A model generated the notes under the pieces. That model had not been told where the DNA came from. It made no database searches and saw only the letters and a program-made list of their open reading frames with translations. A DNA stretch of 64,000 nt from an uncultured bacterium. Lineage in GTDB: Bacteria; Bacillota_I; Bacilli_A; RF39; UBA660. Position numbers and translations under genes: made by a program. Positions 1 through 9,168 of this stretch are shown here, piece by piece (position 1 is the stretch's first letter; every line of letters starts with the position of its first letter). The stretch covers positions 4,194 to 68,193 of the forward strand of contig CAMERI010000006.1 in the NCBI GenBank assembly GCA_945935525.1. The letters are read 5' to 3'.

Positions 1-55
1 GTAGATGCAAGAAGGGAAAATTTATCATTAATATATACATTATTAAAATAGTATG

Positions 56-517
56 TCATAATATCACACTCCTTACAAAACCAAATATTATTCCAAAGAA
101 TACACCATATAATATAATACTTCCAGTAAGTTTAAATATTGAAGCACCTATTCCTTTTATGAATCCTTCACTTTTAGCATCCATTGCACTACTTGTCATA
201 GTATTAGCAAACCCTGTAGCTGGCACAATAAGTCCACATTTGAATATACTAAGTACTTTATCAAAAACACCAAGTCCAGTAAGAACAGAACCTATCACTA
301 TAAATGTAGAAAAAGTATAAAAACTAGCATCACTCAAAGTAATATTAAATATTTTAAAATAAAGTTCACACATAACTTCAGCTATTATACCAACTACTCC
401 ACCACTTAAAAAAGCAATCATTACATTCTTAAATACACTTTCTTTTCCTATAACACTACTAACTAACTTGTCATATTCCTTATTATTCATTTTGTCACCT
501 ACACTTATTTTTACCAT
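56..517 (-). CDS. spoVAC: SpoVAC/SpoVAEB-family sporulation membrane protein (about 4 TM)
   Basis: 153 aa hydrophobic protein. The N-terminus has a 'KEYDKLV...NVMIAFLSGGVVGIIAEV' pattern and Gly-rich TM helices typical of SpoVAC/SpoVAEB. Called from remembered family features, not from a search. Confidence 0.5.
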   Translation of the reverse strand: MVKISVGDKMNNKEYDKLVSSVIGKESVFKNVMIAFLSGGVVGIIAEVMCELYFKIFNITLSDASFYTFSTFIVIGSVLTGLGVFDKVLSIFKCGLIVPATGFANTMTSSAMDAKSEGFIKGIGASIFKLTGSIILYGVFFGIIFGFVRSVIL

Positions 518-542
518 TTTTATATTTTAAATACATAATTGT

Positions 543-571
543 TGTCAAAATGATAAAGTTATGTTAAAATT
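543..571 (+). promoter_or_regulatory. sigma-A-like promoter for the tRNA (-35 TTGTCA, 16-nt spacer, -10 TAAAAT)
   Basis: TTGTCA at 543-548 and TAAAAT at 565-570, about 12 nt upstream of tRNA position 1. Confidence 0.4.
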
Positions 572-582
572 AACATTGTTAT

Positions 583-658
583 GGCTCATTGGTGAAATGG
601 TTAACACATCGCCCTCTCAAGGCGACATTCATGGGTTCAAATCCCATATGAGTCACCA
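583..658 (+). tRNA. tRNA-Glu (anticodon CUC), CCA encoded
   Basis: Hand-folded cloverleaf. 7-bp acceptor stem (GGCTCAT/ATGAGTC with one G-U). U8, A14, GG in the D-loop, a 3-bp D-stem (typical of tRNA-Glu). Anticodon stem TCGCC/GGCGA with loop CTCTCAA (U33, anticodon CTC, A37). TTCAAAT T-loop with stem ATGGG/CCCAT. Discriminator A plus CCA. Confidence 0.6.
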
Positions 659-668
659 GTATAAAATT

Positions 669-696
669 AAGTCCCTTTATTAGGGACTTTTATTTG
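669..696 (+). terminator. rho-independent terminator after the tRNA
   Basis: AAGTCCCT-TTATT-AGGGACTT hairpin followed by TTTATTT. Confidence 0.55.
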
Positions 697-826
697 GATT
701 TAAAAAACAATAAATAATATAAATAAATTAAATGTAATCAAAGATAAAAAAATCATTTACACTCCTATTTACGCCAAACTTTATAAATATATGAAAATGT
801 TATATAATATAGATAGGTGATTAAAT

Positions 827-2161
827 ATGTGGAGATTTATTGTTATCTTATCATGTAAACTTGCTAATAAACTAAGTATACTAACTGGACATGAAGGAAG
901 TGTCATAGGAGGAAAAGTAGCTCATAAACTTGATAAAAATATTTTAAAAAAGATTAAACTACCAAAGTATGTAATTGGTATCACTGGATCAAGTGGTAAA
1001 AGTAGTTCAACAGAACTTACCTATAACATACTAACTAAAAATGGATACAACGTTGTATATAACAAAGAAGGGAGTAACACTATTAATGGTATAACTTCCC
1101 TAGTACTTAATAATTCATCACTATGTGGTAAGTTAAAAGCAGATGTTCTTCTTATGGAATTAGATGAACAATTCTTAAAATATATTTTTGAATATATTAC
1201 ACCATCTCACTTAATGATTACAAATATTACAAGAGACCAACCACCAAGAAACGCTCATCCAGAAAATATATATAATGCAATTAAAAATTCAATACCAGCC
1301 GGTACTCACCTAATACTTAATGTAGATGATCCATTCGTAAATAGAATTAGAATCAATCATAAAGGTGAAGTTACTACATATGGTATGGCACAAAACAACT
1401 ATTCAAGACCAAGTAATCTTAATAATTTAGATGCAGCTTACTGCCCTATTTGTAATTCTAAACTTGAATATGATTTCTATCACTATGGACACATTGGTTC
1501 ATACCATTGTCCTAAATATCACTTCAATCGTGGTAAACCAAACTATGAAGCAAAAGATATTGATATAGATAATGAACAAATAAAAATAAATGATAATATA
1601 GTTCATCTACCATCAAACTTCTTATATACAGTATACTTTGTAACTGGCTGTTACGCCTTAACACATGAAATAGGAATTAAAGAAGAAGATATATTAAAAG
1701 TATTAAATGATGAAAATATTAAAACCAAAAGAATGGAAATATATGACTTTGATAATAGAAAATGGCAAATGCTAGTAAGTAAGAACGAAAACAATTTAAG
1801 TTATAAACAATCCTTAGACTACATACTACATCAAGAAGGAGATAAAACTATAATATTAGGTTTTGACTCTTCAAGTAGAAGATATAAAGAAAATGATATT
1901 TCTTGGATATGGGATATAGACTTTGAATCATTAAATGACTCAAGTATTAAAAATATAATATTAATTGGTAAATTCTGTTATGATATGAAAGTTCGTATGG
2001 AATACGCAGGTATTAATGAAGATAAAATAATTTTAGTAGAAAATTTAGATAACTTAAGTGAAACAATCAAAACTAAAACAACTGGTAAAATATTCTCAAT
2101 GGTATGTTTTGATAAAGAGATACAACTTAAGAAAATTATAAAGGAGGAAAATAATGATTAA
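827..2161 (+). CDS. murT: MurT, the Mur-ligase-family subunit of the lipid II isoglutamine synthase (with GatD)
   Basis: Mur ligase P-loop 'GITGSSGKSST'. A Cys4 ribbon 'CPICNSKLEYDFYHYGHIGSYHCPKYH' matches the MurT-specific zinc ribbon. C-terminal DUF1727-like region. Overlaps the downstream GatD-like gene by 8 nt. Confidence 0.75.
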   Translation: MWRFIVILSCKLANKLSILTGHEGSVIGGKVAHKLDKNILKKIKLPKYVIGITGSSGKSSSTELTYNILTKNGYNVVYNKEGSNTINGITSLVLNNSSLCGKLKADVLLMELDEQFLKYIFEYITPSHLMITNITRDQPPRNAHPENIYNAIKNSIPAGTHLILNVDDPFVNRIRINHKGEVTTYGMAQNNYSRPSNLNNLDAAYCPICNSKLEYDFYHYGHIGSYHCPKYHFNRGKPNYEAKDIDIDNEQIKINDNIVHLPSNFLYTVYFVTGCYALTHEIGIKEEDILKVLNDENIKTKRMEIYDFDNRKWQMLVSKNENNLSYKQSLDYILHQEGDKTIILGFDSSSRRYKENDISWIWDIDFESLNDSSIKNIILIGKFCYDMKVRMEYAGINEDKIILVENLDNLSETIKTKTTGKIFSMVCFDKEIQLKKIIKEENND

Positions 2162-2882
2162 TGTATTACACTTATATTATGACCTTCTAAACCTATATGG
2201 AGAAAACGCTAATACAAGATGTATAGTTCAAGAATTAAAAAGAAGCAATATAAAAGTTAAAGTAGATTTAAAAAGTCTAAATGATAAAATTGACTTTGAG
2301 AAATATGATATTATTTATATAGGTAGTGGTTCAGAAGAATCATTAAAACTAGCCCTATCAGATATATTAAAAAGAAAAGAAGATTTAAAAAAATATATAG
2401 AATCTAATAAATATTTAGTACTTACTGGTAACTCAATGTGTATGTTTGGAAAGTATATAGATACTATAGATGAAAAATTAGACGCCTTAGATATATTTAA
2501 ATATCATACTAAATATATAACTGAATTATTACATACTAACGAAGCATCAAATCAAAGAATAGTTGGTGAAGTAAGAGGAAAATCAAAATTAATAAAAGAA
2601 GAAATAATAGGATTTCAAAATAGATGTGATTATATTTATGATGTTAAAACTCCTCTATTTGAAGTACAAGAAGCATATTCAAACGATGGAACAAACATTA
2701 AAGAAGGATTTACTTATAAAAACGTATATGCTACTCACATAATAGGTCCTCTACTTATTAGAAATCCATACTTTACTGATTATATATTAAAAAGTTTATG
2801 TAAAACTAAAAAATTAAATTATATAGTTGAAGAAACAACTTCTAAAGAAGCATATAAAAAGTACTTAGAAAATTTTAACTAA
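2154..2882 (+). CDS. gatD: GatD, the glutamine amidotransferase subunit (CobB/CobQ-like GATase) of the MurT/GatD complex
   Basis: 242 aa. N-terminal 'LHLYYDLLNLYGENANTRCIVQELK' and 'IYIGSGSEE' resemble S. aureus GatD. Translationally coupled to murT. Confidence 0.75.
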   Translation: MINVLHLYYDLLNLYGENANTRCIVQELKRSNIKVKVDLKSLNDKIDFEKYDIIYIGSGSEESLKLALSDILKRKEDLKKYIESNKYLVLTGNSMCMFGKYIDTIDEKLDALDIFKYHTKYITELLHTNEASNQRIVGEVRGKSKLIKEEIIGFQNRCDYIYDVKTPLFEVQEAYSNDGTNIKEGFTYKNVYATHIIGPLLIRNPYFTDYILKSLCKTKKLNYIVEETTSKEAYKKYLENFN

Positions 2883-2893
2883 GTACTTTTTAA

Positions 2894-3646
2894 TTATAAT
2901 ATTCTCATGTATTCTCTCCAATGTTCTTCATCTTGAATCTCACTAGCATCTCCTAAAGTATTAACTTCTTTTCCTACTCTTTCAGATAATTTCTTTTTAT
3001 ATGCTTTTAAGAATGGTAATAAATCTCCTTCTTTATATAAATCACATAATTCTTTATCTGCGTTTACAAAGTCATCAAAATATCCATCTACTAAAAATGT
3101 TTTAACAGTATACGCTAACTGACTAGCATTATCTTGATATATCTTATCATCATCATCTTCTACTATATGATAGTCATCAGTATCCACCATATAAAATCTT
3201 TCAGTAGAAGTACTAAACAATGTATTATAAGGTAAATCATCTGTTAATATACCTTTTCTTGATATCTTTCTCATATCTACTAAAGTAGTCATATACGCTC
3301 TTCTAATAGAGTCTAAATCAACTATTAAAGGGTCTAACTTATATAACGATTTACCTCTTGCTGCATGAGCAAAATATCCTACATCTCTTCCTTCTAAAGT
3401 AATAACTTCATAAGGAAATAAATATGTTGGATTTAAAGCATCAGAAAATCTTAAGAAATCTAAATCTCTATATTCAAAATGTCTATATTCTTCTAAACTA
3501 AGTGCCATATCAAATATTTTAATAACTGCTTTAGTCCTTTTATCATAATATGCACTACCTTTAGATCCAAAATTTATAAATGAACAATTTCTTTTTAGAT
3601 AATAATCTAATTCACTTTTACTTCTAAATATCATACTAACCCCCAT
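2894..3646 (-). CDS. hypothetical protein with a protein-kinase-like fold (Gly-rich loop + VAIK-like Lys + catalytic-loop/DFG-like Asp motifs)
   Basis: 'FGSKGSAYYD...KAVIKIF' looks like a GxGxxG loop plus an invariant Lys. 'ILTDDLPYN' resembles the HGDLxxxN catalytic loop. 'MVDTDDY' sits where the DFG motif would be. 250 aa. Confidence 0.35.
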   Translation of the reverse strand: MGVSMIFRSKSELDYYLKRNCSFINFGSKGSAYYDKRTKAVIKIFDMALSLEEYRHFEYRDLDFLRFSDALNPTYLFPYEVITLEGRDVGYFAHAARGKSLYKLDPLIVDLDSIRRAYMTTLVDMRKISRKGILTDDLPYNTLFSTSTERFYMVDTDDYHIVEDDDDKIYQDNASQLAYTVKTFLVDGYFDDFVNADKELCDLYKEGDLLPFLKAYKKKLSERVGKEVNTLGDASEIQDEEHWREYMRIL

Positions 3647-3687
3647 TAGTGCTCCATATTATACCACAAATTCAATAAAAAAGGAAG

Positions 3688-4551
3688 TCATTTCTTACTT
3701 CCAATTTTTTCTCCATATTTAACGTTAGTTTCAATATTCTCTAAACTATTATTATAAATATCTTCATCAATGGTTATTATATCTTTTTTAACAAGTAATA
3801 CTATAGTTGAACCACCAAACTCAAAGTATCCTTTTTCTTCACCTTTTTTAAATTTATATTCTTCATGATTATTAACTATTCTACCTACTCCTAAAGCACC
3901 TACTTCTACTTCTATAACTTTATCAAAATTATTAGTATTTAAAATAGTATATTCACGTGTATTTGTTTTATAAAAATTATAGTGTTTAAGTGCTATAGGC
4001 TGTACTGTATGAAAAATTCCATCTATATGAATATTTTTACCCTTAGTACCACTATCTATATAACAATATCTATGATAATTATCAGTAGAAAGTCTAAATA
4101 CTAAAGCATAACCACCTCTATATTCATTCATTATATCTTTATCTACTAAAGTATCTACTGAATAATAAGAATCCTTTATTTTAAGAGTTAAATCATCATT
4201 TATTTTATACACAGTAAGTTTACTATCACAAGGACTAATAAAAGCATTCTTATGTGCATTTATTGGTCTTTTAGACTCTACTACTTTACGAATAAAAAAA
4301 TCATTATAGGAAGTATATTTTTGTTTAGAATATTCATATATATTTATATCATTCTTATCAATAAACTTATCTACTCTTTTTAATGAATATTTACTATTCA
4401 TATATTTACCCATAAGATTACTAAATGTTTTACTAATAAAAGGTTTTAAAATTATTCTTCCCAGTAATGTATCATAAAAAAAATTAAGAGTTTTACTAGA
4501 CTCTATAATTATATTTTTTTTACTATTTCTATCTCTAACTATATATTTCAT
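3688..4551 (-). CDS. psd: phosphatidylserine decarboxylase proenzyme
   Basis: C-terminal 'FEFGGSTIVLL' (the LGST self-cleavage site) and 'YHRYCYIDSG' motifs. Overlaps the CDP-alcohol phosphatidyltransferase gene as an operon. Confidence 0.8.
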   Translation of the reverse strand: MKYIVRDRNSKKNIIIESSKTLNFFYDTLLGRIILKPFISKTFSNLMGKYMNSKYSLKRVDKFIDKNDINIYEYSKQKYTSYNDFFIRKVVESKRPINAHKNAFISPCDSKLTVYKINDDLTLKIKDSYYSVDTLVDKDIMNEYRGGYALVFRLSTDNYHRYCYIDSGTKGKNIHIDGIFHTVQPIALKHYNFYKTNTREYTILNTNNFDKVIEVEVGALGVGRIVNNHEEYKFKKGEEKGYFEFGGSTIVLLVKKDIITIDEDIYNNSLENIETNVKYGEKIGSKK

Positions 4552-5165
4552 ATAAACTTACCAGCTAATATTAAAAGTATTTCTATAACACCAATAATTA
4601 TAAAACCTATCATTACTTTAATACCAGGTTTTTTAATTTTAATTTTACTAACAAAAAGTACAGCTACTACAAATAATAAAACTCCATATACAAGTATAAA
4701 ATATTTACCTAAGTATTTTCTAAATATATATAAGAATGGGAATATTAACGCAGATGATGTAACTGGAAGACCTGTATATTCTTTTACTGGTGTACTACTA
4801 TTTCTAGTTATTTCAAGTACATTAAAGTATGCTAACCGTATTAATGCAGCAAGTGGATATATTATTATTAATGGTACTAAGTATGTACATTTTATACCTA
4901 AAGAATAACCTATAACAGCTGGTAAAACACCAAAACATACTAAATCAGATAAACTATCTAATTGAATACCATAATGTCTTTCTTCAATAGTTCTTTTTTT
5001 CTTTGTTCTAGCAACCTTTCCATCAAACATATCACAAAGACCTGAAAACATTAAACACATAACTGCCCAAAATGTATTTCCTGTAATTGCTAAAAATATA
5101 CCAACCATACCTGAAGAAAAACCTAAGTATGTTAATATAACTGTATAATCGTAAAACCCTATCAT
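4548..5165 (-). CDS. pssA: CDP-diacylglycerol--serine O-phosphatidyltransferase (CDP-alcohol phosphatidyltransferase family)
   Basis: 'GLCDMFDGKVAR' matches the D-G-x2-A-R CDP-OH phosphotransferase motif. Multi-TM. Coupled to psd. Confidence 0.75.
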   Translation of the reverse strand: MIGFYDYTVILTYLGFSSGMVGIFLAITGNTFWAVMCLMFSGLCDMFDGKVARTKKKRTIEERHYGIQLDSLSDLVCFGVLPAVIGYSLGIKCTYLVPLIIIYPLAALIRLAYFNVLEITRNSSTPVKEYTGLPVTSSALIFPFLYIFRKYLGKYFILVYGVLLFVVAVLFVSKIKIKKPGIKVMIGFIIIGVIEILLILAGKFI

Positions 5166-5235
5166 ATAACACCTCTATTACCATTATACAAACATTTCAC
5201 ATAAAAATCAAACTTTGAACAAACATTTACATAAA

Positions 5236-5255
5236 GAAAAAGATAACTTTCGTTA
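5236..5255 (-). terminator. rho-independent terminator downstream of the pilin-like gene
   Basis: AGATAAC-TTTCG-GTTATCT hairpin with a U-run on the minus strand. Confidence 0.45.
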
Positions 5256-5257
5256 TC

Positions 5258-6046
5258 TTAATGAACATCTATATTATCATTAGTAATCATCTTAGTTACT
5301 AATCTTCCGCCGCCTTCATCTCCATATACATCATATACACCCATTACTCTCCACATAGTTCCACCATATTTTAAGTAATTATTTGTTTCATCTCCAGCTA
5401 TTATACAAGCATTTACTCTATCACCTGAATCAGTACTTGCGATATATAATCCATCAGTTTGTTCTAATTTACCATTCTTTTTAACTAATTTAGCAAGTTT
5501 AATCGGTTTTCCATTTTCATAAATACATCCACAATAATCAGTGTCTCCAGTTCCATATTTACCAACGAACATACCAGTCATAAATCTCTTGCATACTTGT
5601 TCTACTAAAGTACCATTTGTTATAGTAGTTGTTTGTCCTTCAAATGTAGCACTAACACCAGCAGCTTCTTTCTTAATAATTACATAGTTATCATTCATAG
5701 ATTTTTTATTAACAGGATCAACTACACAACCTTTATCACTCTTATATTCTTCACTAGTTACATCTTGACATATTGAATCACTAGCATCTTTATCAGTTGA
5801 CATAAATCCTGCATTAATAAGTTCATAAACATATACTTTTACTTCACTTCTACCGTTAAATATATCAGGATTATTAGTTCCATATAACTCAGCAGCACCA
5901 ATAATTTGTTCTACTTTAGTCTTATAAACTCTTTGATTAATCTTTTTATTTATAGAAATAATACTTGGTATAGCTATTACAACAATTATAGCTATCAAAG
6001 CAATCACAACTAGCAACTCTGTTAAAGTGAAACCTTTTTTATTCAT
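5258..6046 (-). CDS. type IV prepilin-like protein (N-terminal cleavage/methylation domain), orphan
   Basis: N-terminus 'MNKKG|FTLTELLVVIALIAIIVVIAIP' is a class III signal (G-F-T-L-x-E). 262 aa with a Cys-containing globular C-terminus. Confidence 0.6.
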   Translation of the reverse strand: MNKKGFTLTELLVVIALIAIIVVIAIPSIISINKKINQRVYKTKVEQIIGAAELYGTNNPDIFNGRSEVKVYVYELINAGFMSTDKDASDSICQDVTSEEYKSDKGCVVDPVNKKSMNDNYVIIKKEAAGVSATFEGQTTTITNGTLVEQVCKRFMTGMFVGKYGTGDTDYCGCIYENGKPIKLAKLVKKNGKLEQTDGLYIASTDSGDRVNACIIAGDETNNYLKYGGTMWRVMGVYDVYGDEGGGRLVTKMITNDNIDVH

Positions 6047-6101
6047 ATTAAAAACCTCTATTCTATATATACATTATAATAGAATAAAGGTTTCTTTTCA
6101 A

Positions 6102-6704
6102 CTATTTTTCAAAATAATTTTCTATAATTTCATAAACTCTTTCTTTACCTATTTTAGTTACACTTGAGAAATTTATTATCTCATCTCCTAGCGCAGGATT
6201 TAATGTATTTTTAATTAAATCATCTTGTTTTGCTCTAAGTGATCTATTTACTTTATCATATTTAGTAGCAACTATTGTAACAGGCAAATTATAGTATTTT
6301 AAGAATTTATACATAAGTACATCATCTTCAGTTGGTTTATGTCTATAATCTACAAGTAAGAATACATGCTTTAAGTATGGTCTTTGTTTTAAGTATTCTT
6401 CTATCATTACTCCAAATTTTTCAATTTGTTTTTTACTAGTAGCTGCATATCCATATCCTGGTACATCTACTATATAGAATTCATCATTTACTTTATAAAA
6501 GTTTAATGTAGTAGTTTTACCAGGTTTAGAACTTGTTCTTGCTAAGTTTTTTCTATTTATTATAGTATTTATAAAACTACTCTTACCAACATTACTTCTT
6601 CCTAAACATAGAAACTCATTTTTCTTATCTTCAGGATATTGACTTATTCTAACAGCAATAATTGGCTCATCTACTTTAGTAACTTCCATATTATTTCTTC
6701 TCAC
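6102..6704 (-). CDS. engB: ribosome biogenesis GTP-binding protein YihA/EngB (YsxC)
   Basis: G1 'GRSNVGKSS', G3 'DVPGYG', G4 'TKYDK'. About 195 aa. Confidence 0.8.
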   Translation of the reverse strand: MRRNNMEVTKVDEPIIAVRISQYPEDKKNEFLCLGRSNVGKSSFINTIINRKNLARTSSKPGKTTTLNFYKVNDEFYIVDVPGYGYAATSKKQIEKFGVMIEEYLKQRPYLKHVFLLVDYRHKPTEDDVLMYKFLKYYNLPVTIVATKYDKVNRSLRAKQDDLIKNTLNPALGDEIINFSSVTKIGKERVYEIIENYFEK

Positions 6705-7653
6705 TTTCCATATATTCCTTACAAGCCTTTGATAAATCTTTCATTAAAGCATCAACGACTTCTTTAGAATCTGTTCTAACACCACTTGCAAATTTATGTC
6801 CACCACCATTATATTTAGCAGCAATTTCATTTATTACTGGACCTCTACTTCTAATATTAACTCTATACATATTATTTTTAGCATCATGTGATGAAAACGC
6901 CCAAACAACCACTTCATTAATATTATTAAAATCATTAATCATATTAGATGCAGCTGATATATCAGAGTTTAATGATTGTATAACATCATCCTCAAGTTCT
7001 ATAGAACCAAAACCATATTTATCAACTTTCATAGTAGATGCTATATACCCCATTAGTCTTACTTCACTAAGTGGTTTAGCATACACAAATCTATATAGTT
7101 TTTCTATATCTAATTTATATTTCTTAATGATTTCAGCAACTGACTCAAAAGTCTTATAATTTACACTAAATAAGAATCTATTTGAATCACTTACTATACC
7201 AATATATATTTTTCCAGCAATACTTTCATTCATTTTAAGTTTAGTATTATTTATAAGTTCTAAGACAAGTTCTGATGCACTACTTGCATCTTCTCTAATT
7301 AATTCTATATCACTATATTTATCTACTAATGGATGATGATCTATCTTAATAATATGTTTAAATGATAAGAAATTATCTATATCAACACGTCTATTATCAG
7401 GAGTATCAACTACTATTAATAAAGCATTTTCATAATCATAATTACTTACTTTATCTACTTTACCAAAATACTTAAATCTTGATACTGTAGTTCCAACAGC
7501 ATACACTTCCTTATTTGGAAATGTAAGTAATATAGAGTCTTTTAAAGCCATCTGACTACCAAAAGCATCAGGATCTGGCCCAATATGTCTAGCAATATAA
7601 ATCTTCTTAAACTTCTTTATTTCATTATATATTGATTTATAAATATTATTCAT
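6691..7653 (-). CDS. nrnA: DHH/DHHA1 phosphoesterase, NrnA-like bifunctional oligoribonuclease/pAp phosphatase
   Basis: DHH motif 'IKIDHHP' and DHHA1 'GGGHKFASG'. Confidence 0.7.
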   Translation of the reverse strand: MNNIYKSIYNEIKKFKKIYIARHIGPDPDAFGSQMALKDSILLTFPNKEVYAVGTTVSRFKYFGKVDKVSNYDYENALLIVVDTPDNRRVDIDNFLSFKHIIKIDHHPLVDKYSDIELIREDASSASELVLELINNTKLKMNESIAGKIYIGIVSDSNRFLFSVNYKTFESVAEIIKKYKLDIEKLYRFVYAKPLSEVRLMGYIASTMKVDKYGFGSIELEDDVIQSLNSDISAASNMINDFNNINEVVVWAFSSHDAKNNMYRVNIRSRGPVINEIAAKYNGGGHKFASGVRTDSKEVVDALMKDLSKACKEYMESEKK

Positions 7654-7666
7654 TAATTACTTCTTT

Positions 7667-8860
7667 CTATTTAACTAGATTATAAGTATCTTTTATAATC
7701 ATAATTTCTTCATTAGTTGGAAGAACTCTTACTACAACACTAGAGTCATCAGTAGAAATAATACCTTCTACCTCATCCTTGAAACTAGCAATCTTAGTAT
7801 TCTTTTCATCATCAATCTTAATTCCTAAAGCACTAAGTCTTCCTAAAATAGCTTTACGTGCATCAATACCATTTTCACCAACACCAGCAGTGAATACAAT
7901 TGAATCTACTTTTCCATCTAATTTAATATAATATTCAGCAATGTATTTAGCAATACGATCATTATACATATCAAGTGCTAATATAGCATTTTCTTCACCC
8001 TTAGCTGCAGCATCTTCAACATCTCTACAATCACTAAATCCACTAATACCAAGAAGTCCACTCTTCTTATTTAAATCATTAGTAATTTGTTCGATATCTT
8101 CTCCAGATTCTTTAGCTACATATTCTATAATTGAAGGGTCAATAGCTCCACTACGAGTACCCATCATTAATCCATCAAGAGGACTAATACCCATAGTAGT
8201 ATCATAACACTTACCTTCTTTAATAACACTAATAGAAGCTCCACTACCAATATGACAAATAATTAGATTAACATCATCTTTACCTAATTTTTCCTTCATT
8301 TTTAATGTAATATATTTATGACTAGTTCCATGGAAACCATATTTACGTACACCATATTTAGTATACCATTCCATAGGCACTGGATACATATAGTTTACTT
8401 TAGGCATAGTTTGATGGAATGCAGTATCATATACAGCAACCATAGGTACACCTGGAAGAGCCTTTTGCATAGCTTCAATACCAGCTAAATTTCCTGGATG
8501 ATGAAGAGGACCTAACTTAGTTAAAGACTTAATATCTTCAATAACTTCATCATTAATTAAAACTGAATCACAATATTTTTCACCACCATGTAAAACTCTA
8601 TGTCCTACTCCTTTAATTTCATCTAAACTTTCTACAGCTTTATATTTTAATAATTCTTCAATTAAAGCATTAGCTGCTTCAGTATGATTCTTTAAATACT
8701 TAGTTTCTTTATACTTTTTACCATTTACTTTAGTAGTCCAAAAACTATCTTTAAGACCAATCTTTTCAAAATAACCGCTAATAAGTAACTTCTCTTCAGG
8801 CATTTCAACTAATTGAAATTTTAAAGAAGAACTACCAGCATTAACACATAATATTTTCAT
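7667..8860 (-). CDS. ackA: acetate kinase
   Basis: 'MKILCVNAGSSSLKFQL' N-terminus and 'VVHLGNG'-like 'ICHIGSGASIS'. 397 aa. Confidence 0.9.
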   Translation of the reverse strand: MKILCVNAGSSSLKFQLVEMPEEKLLISGYFEKIGLKDSFWTTKVNGKKYKETKYLKNHTEAANALIEELLKYKAVESLDEIKGVGHRVLHGGEKYCDSVLINDEVIEDIKSLTKLGPLHHPGNLAGIEAMQKALPGVPMVAVYDTAFHQTMPKVNYMYPVPMEWYTKYGVRKYGFHGTSHKYITLKMKEKLGKDDVNLIICHIGSGASISVIKEGKCYDTTMGISPLDGLMMGTRSGAIDPSIIEYVAKESGEDIEQITNDLNKKSGLLGISGFSDCRDVEDAAAKGEENAILALDMYNDRIAKYIAEYYIKLDGKVDSIVFTAGVGENGIDARKAILGRLSALGIKIDDEKNTKIASFKDEVEGIISTDDSSVVVRVLPTNEEIMIIKDTYNLVK

Positions 8861-9136
8861 CTAATGTTTCCTTCTTTCTTTTCTTTTATATTATAACAAA
8901 GAATAAAAGAAAAGTGAAACATTAATTCCACTTTAAACTTTATTTTTAATTATTTTCTTATCATTATATTTCTCTAATCTATCAAATTGATATTTATAGT
9001 CACACTCATATTCTTGATTTCTACTATTCATTATTTTCATTTTATATAATAGTTTATTTTTTTTACTATAATAGTTATTTAGTATCATACTTTCCTCCAC
9101 TACATAGTATGTGAAATTTACAAAAAATAATACTTA

Positions 9137-9145
9137 TGATATAAT
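9137..9145 (+). promoter_or_regulatory. extended -10 element (TGaTATAAT) for the 9169 gene
   Basis: TGATATAAT about 24 nt upstream of the ATG. SD AAAGGGAT. Confidence 0.35.
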
Positions 9146-9168
9146 ATTTTCAAAAGAAAGGGATTAAT

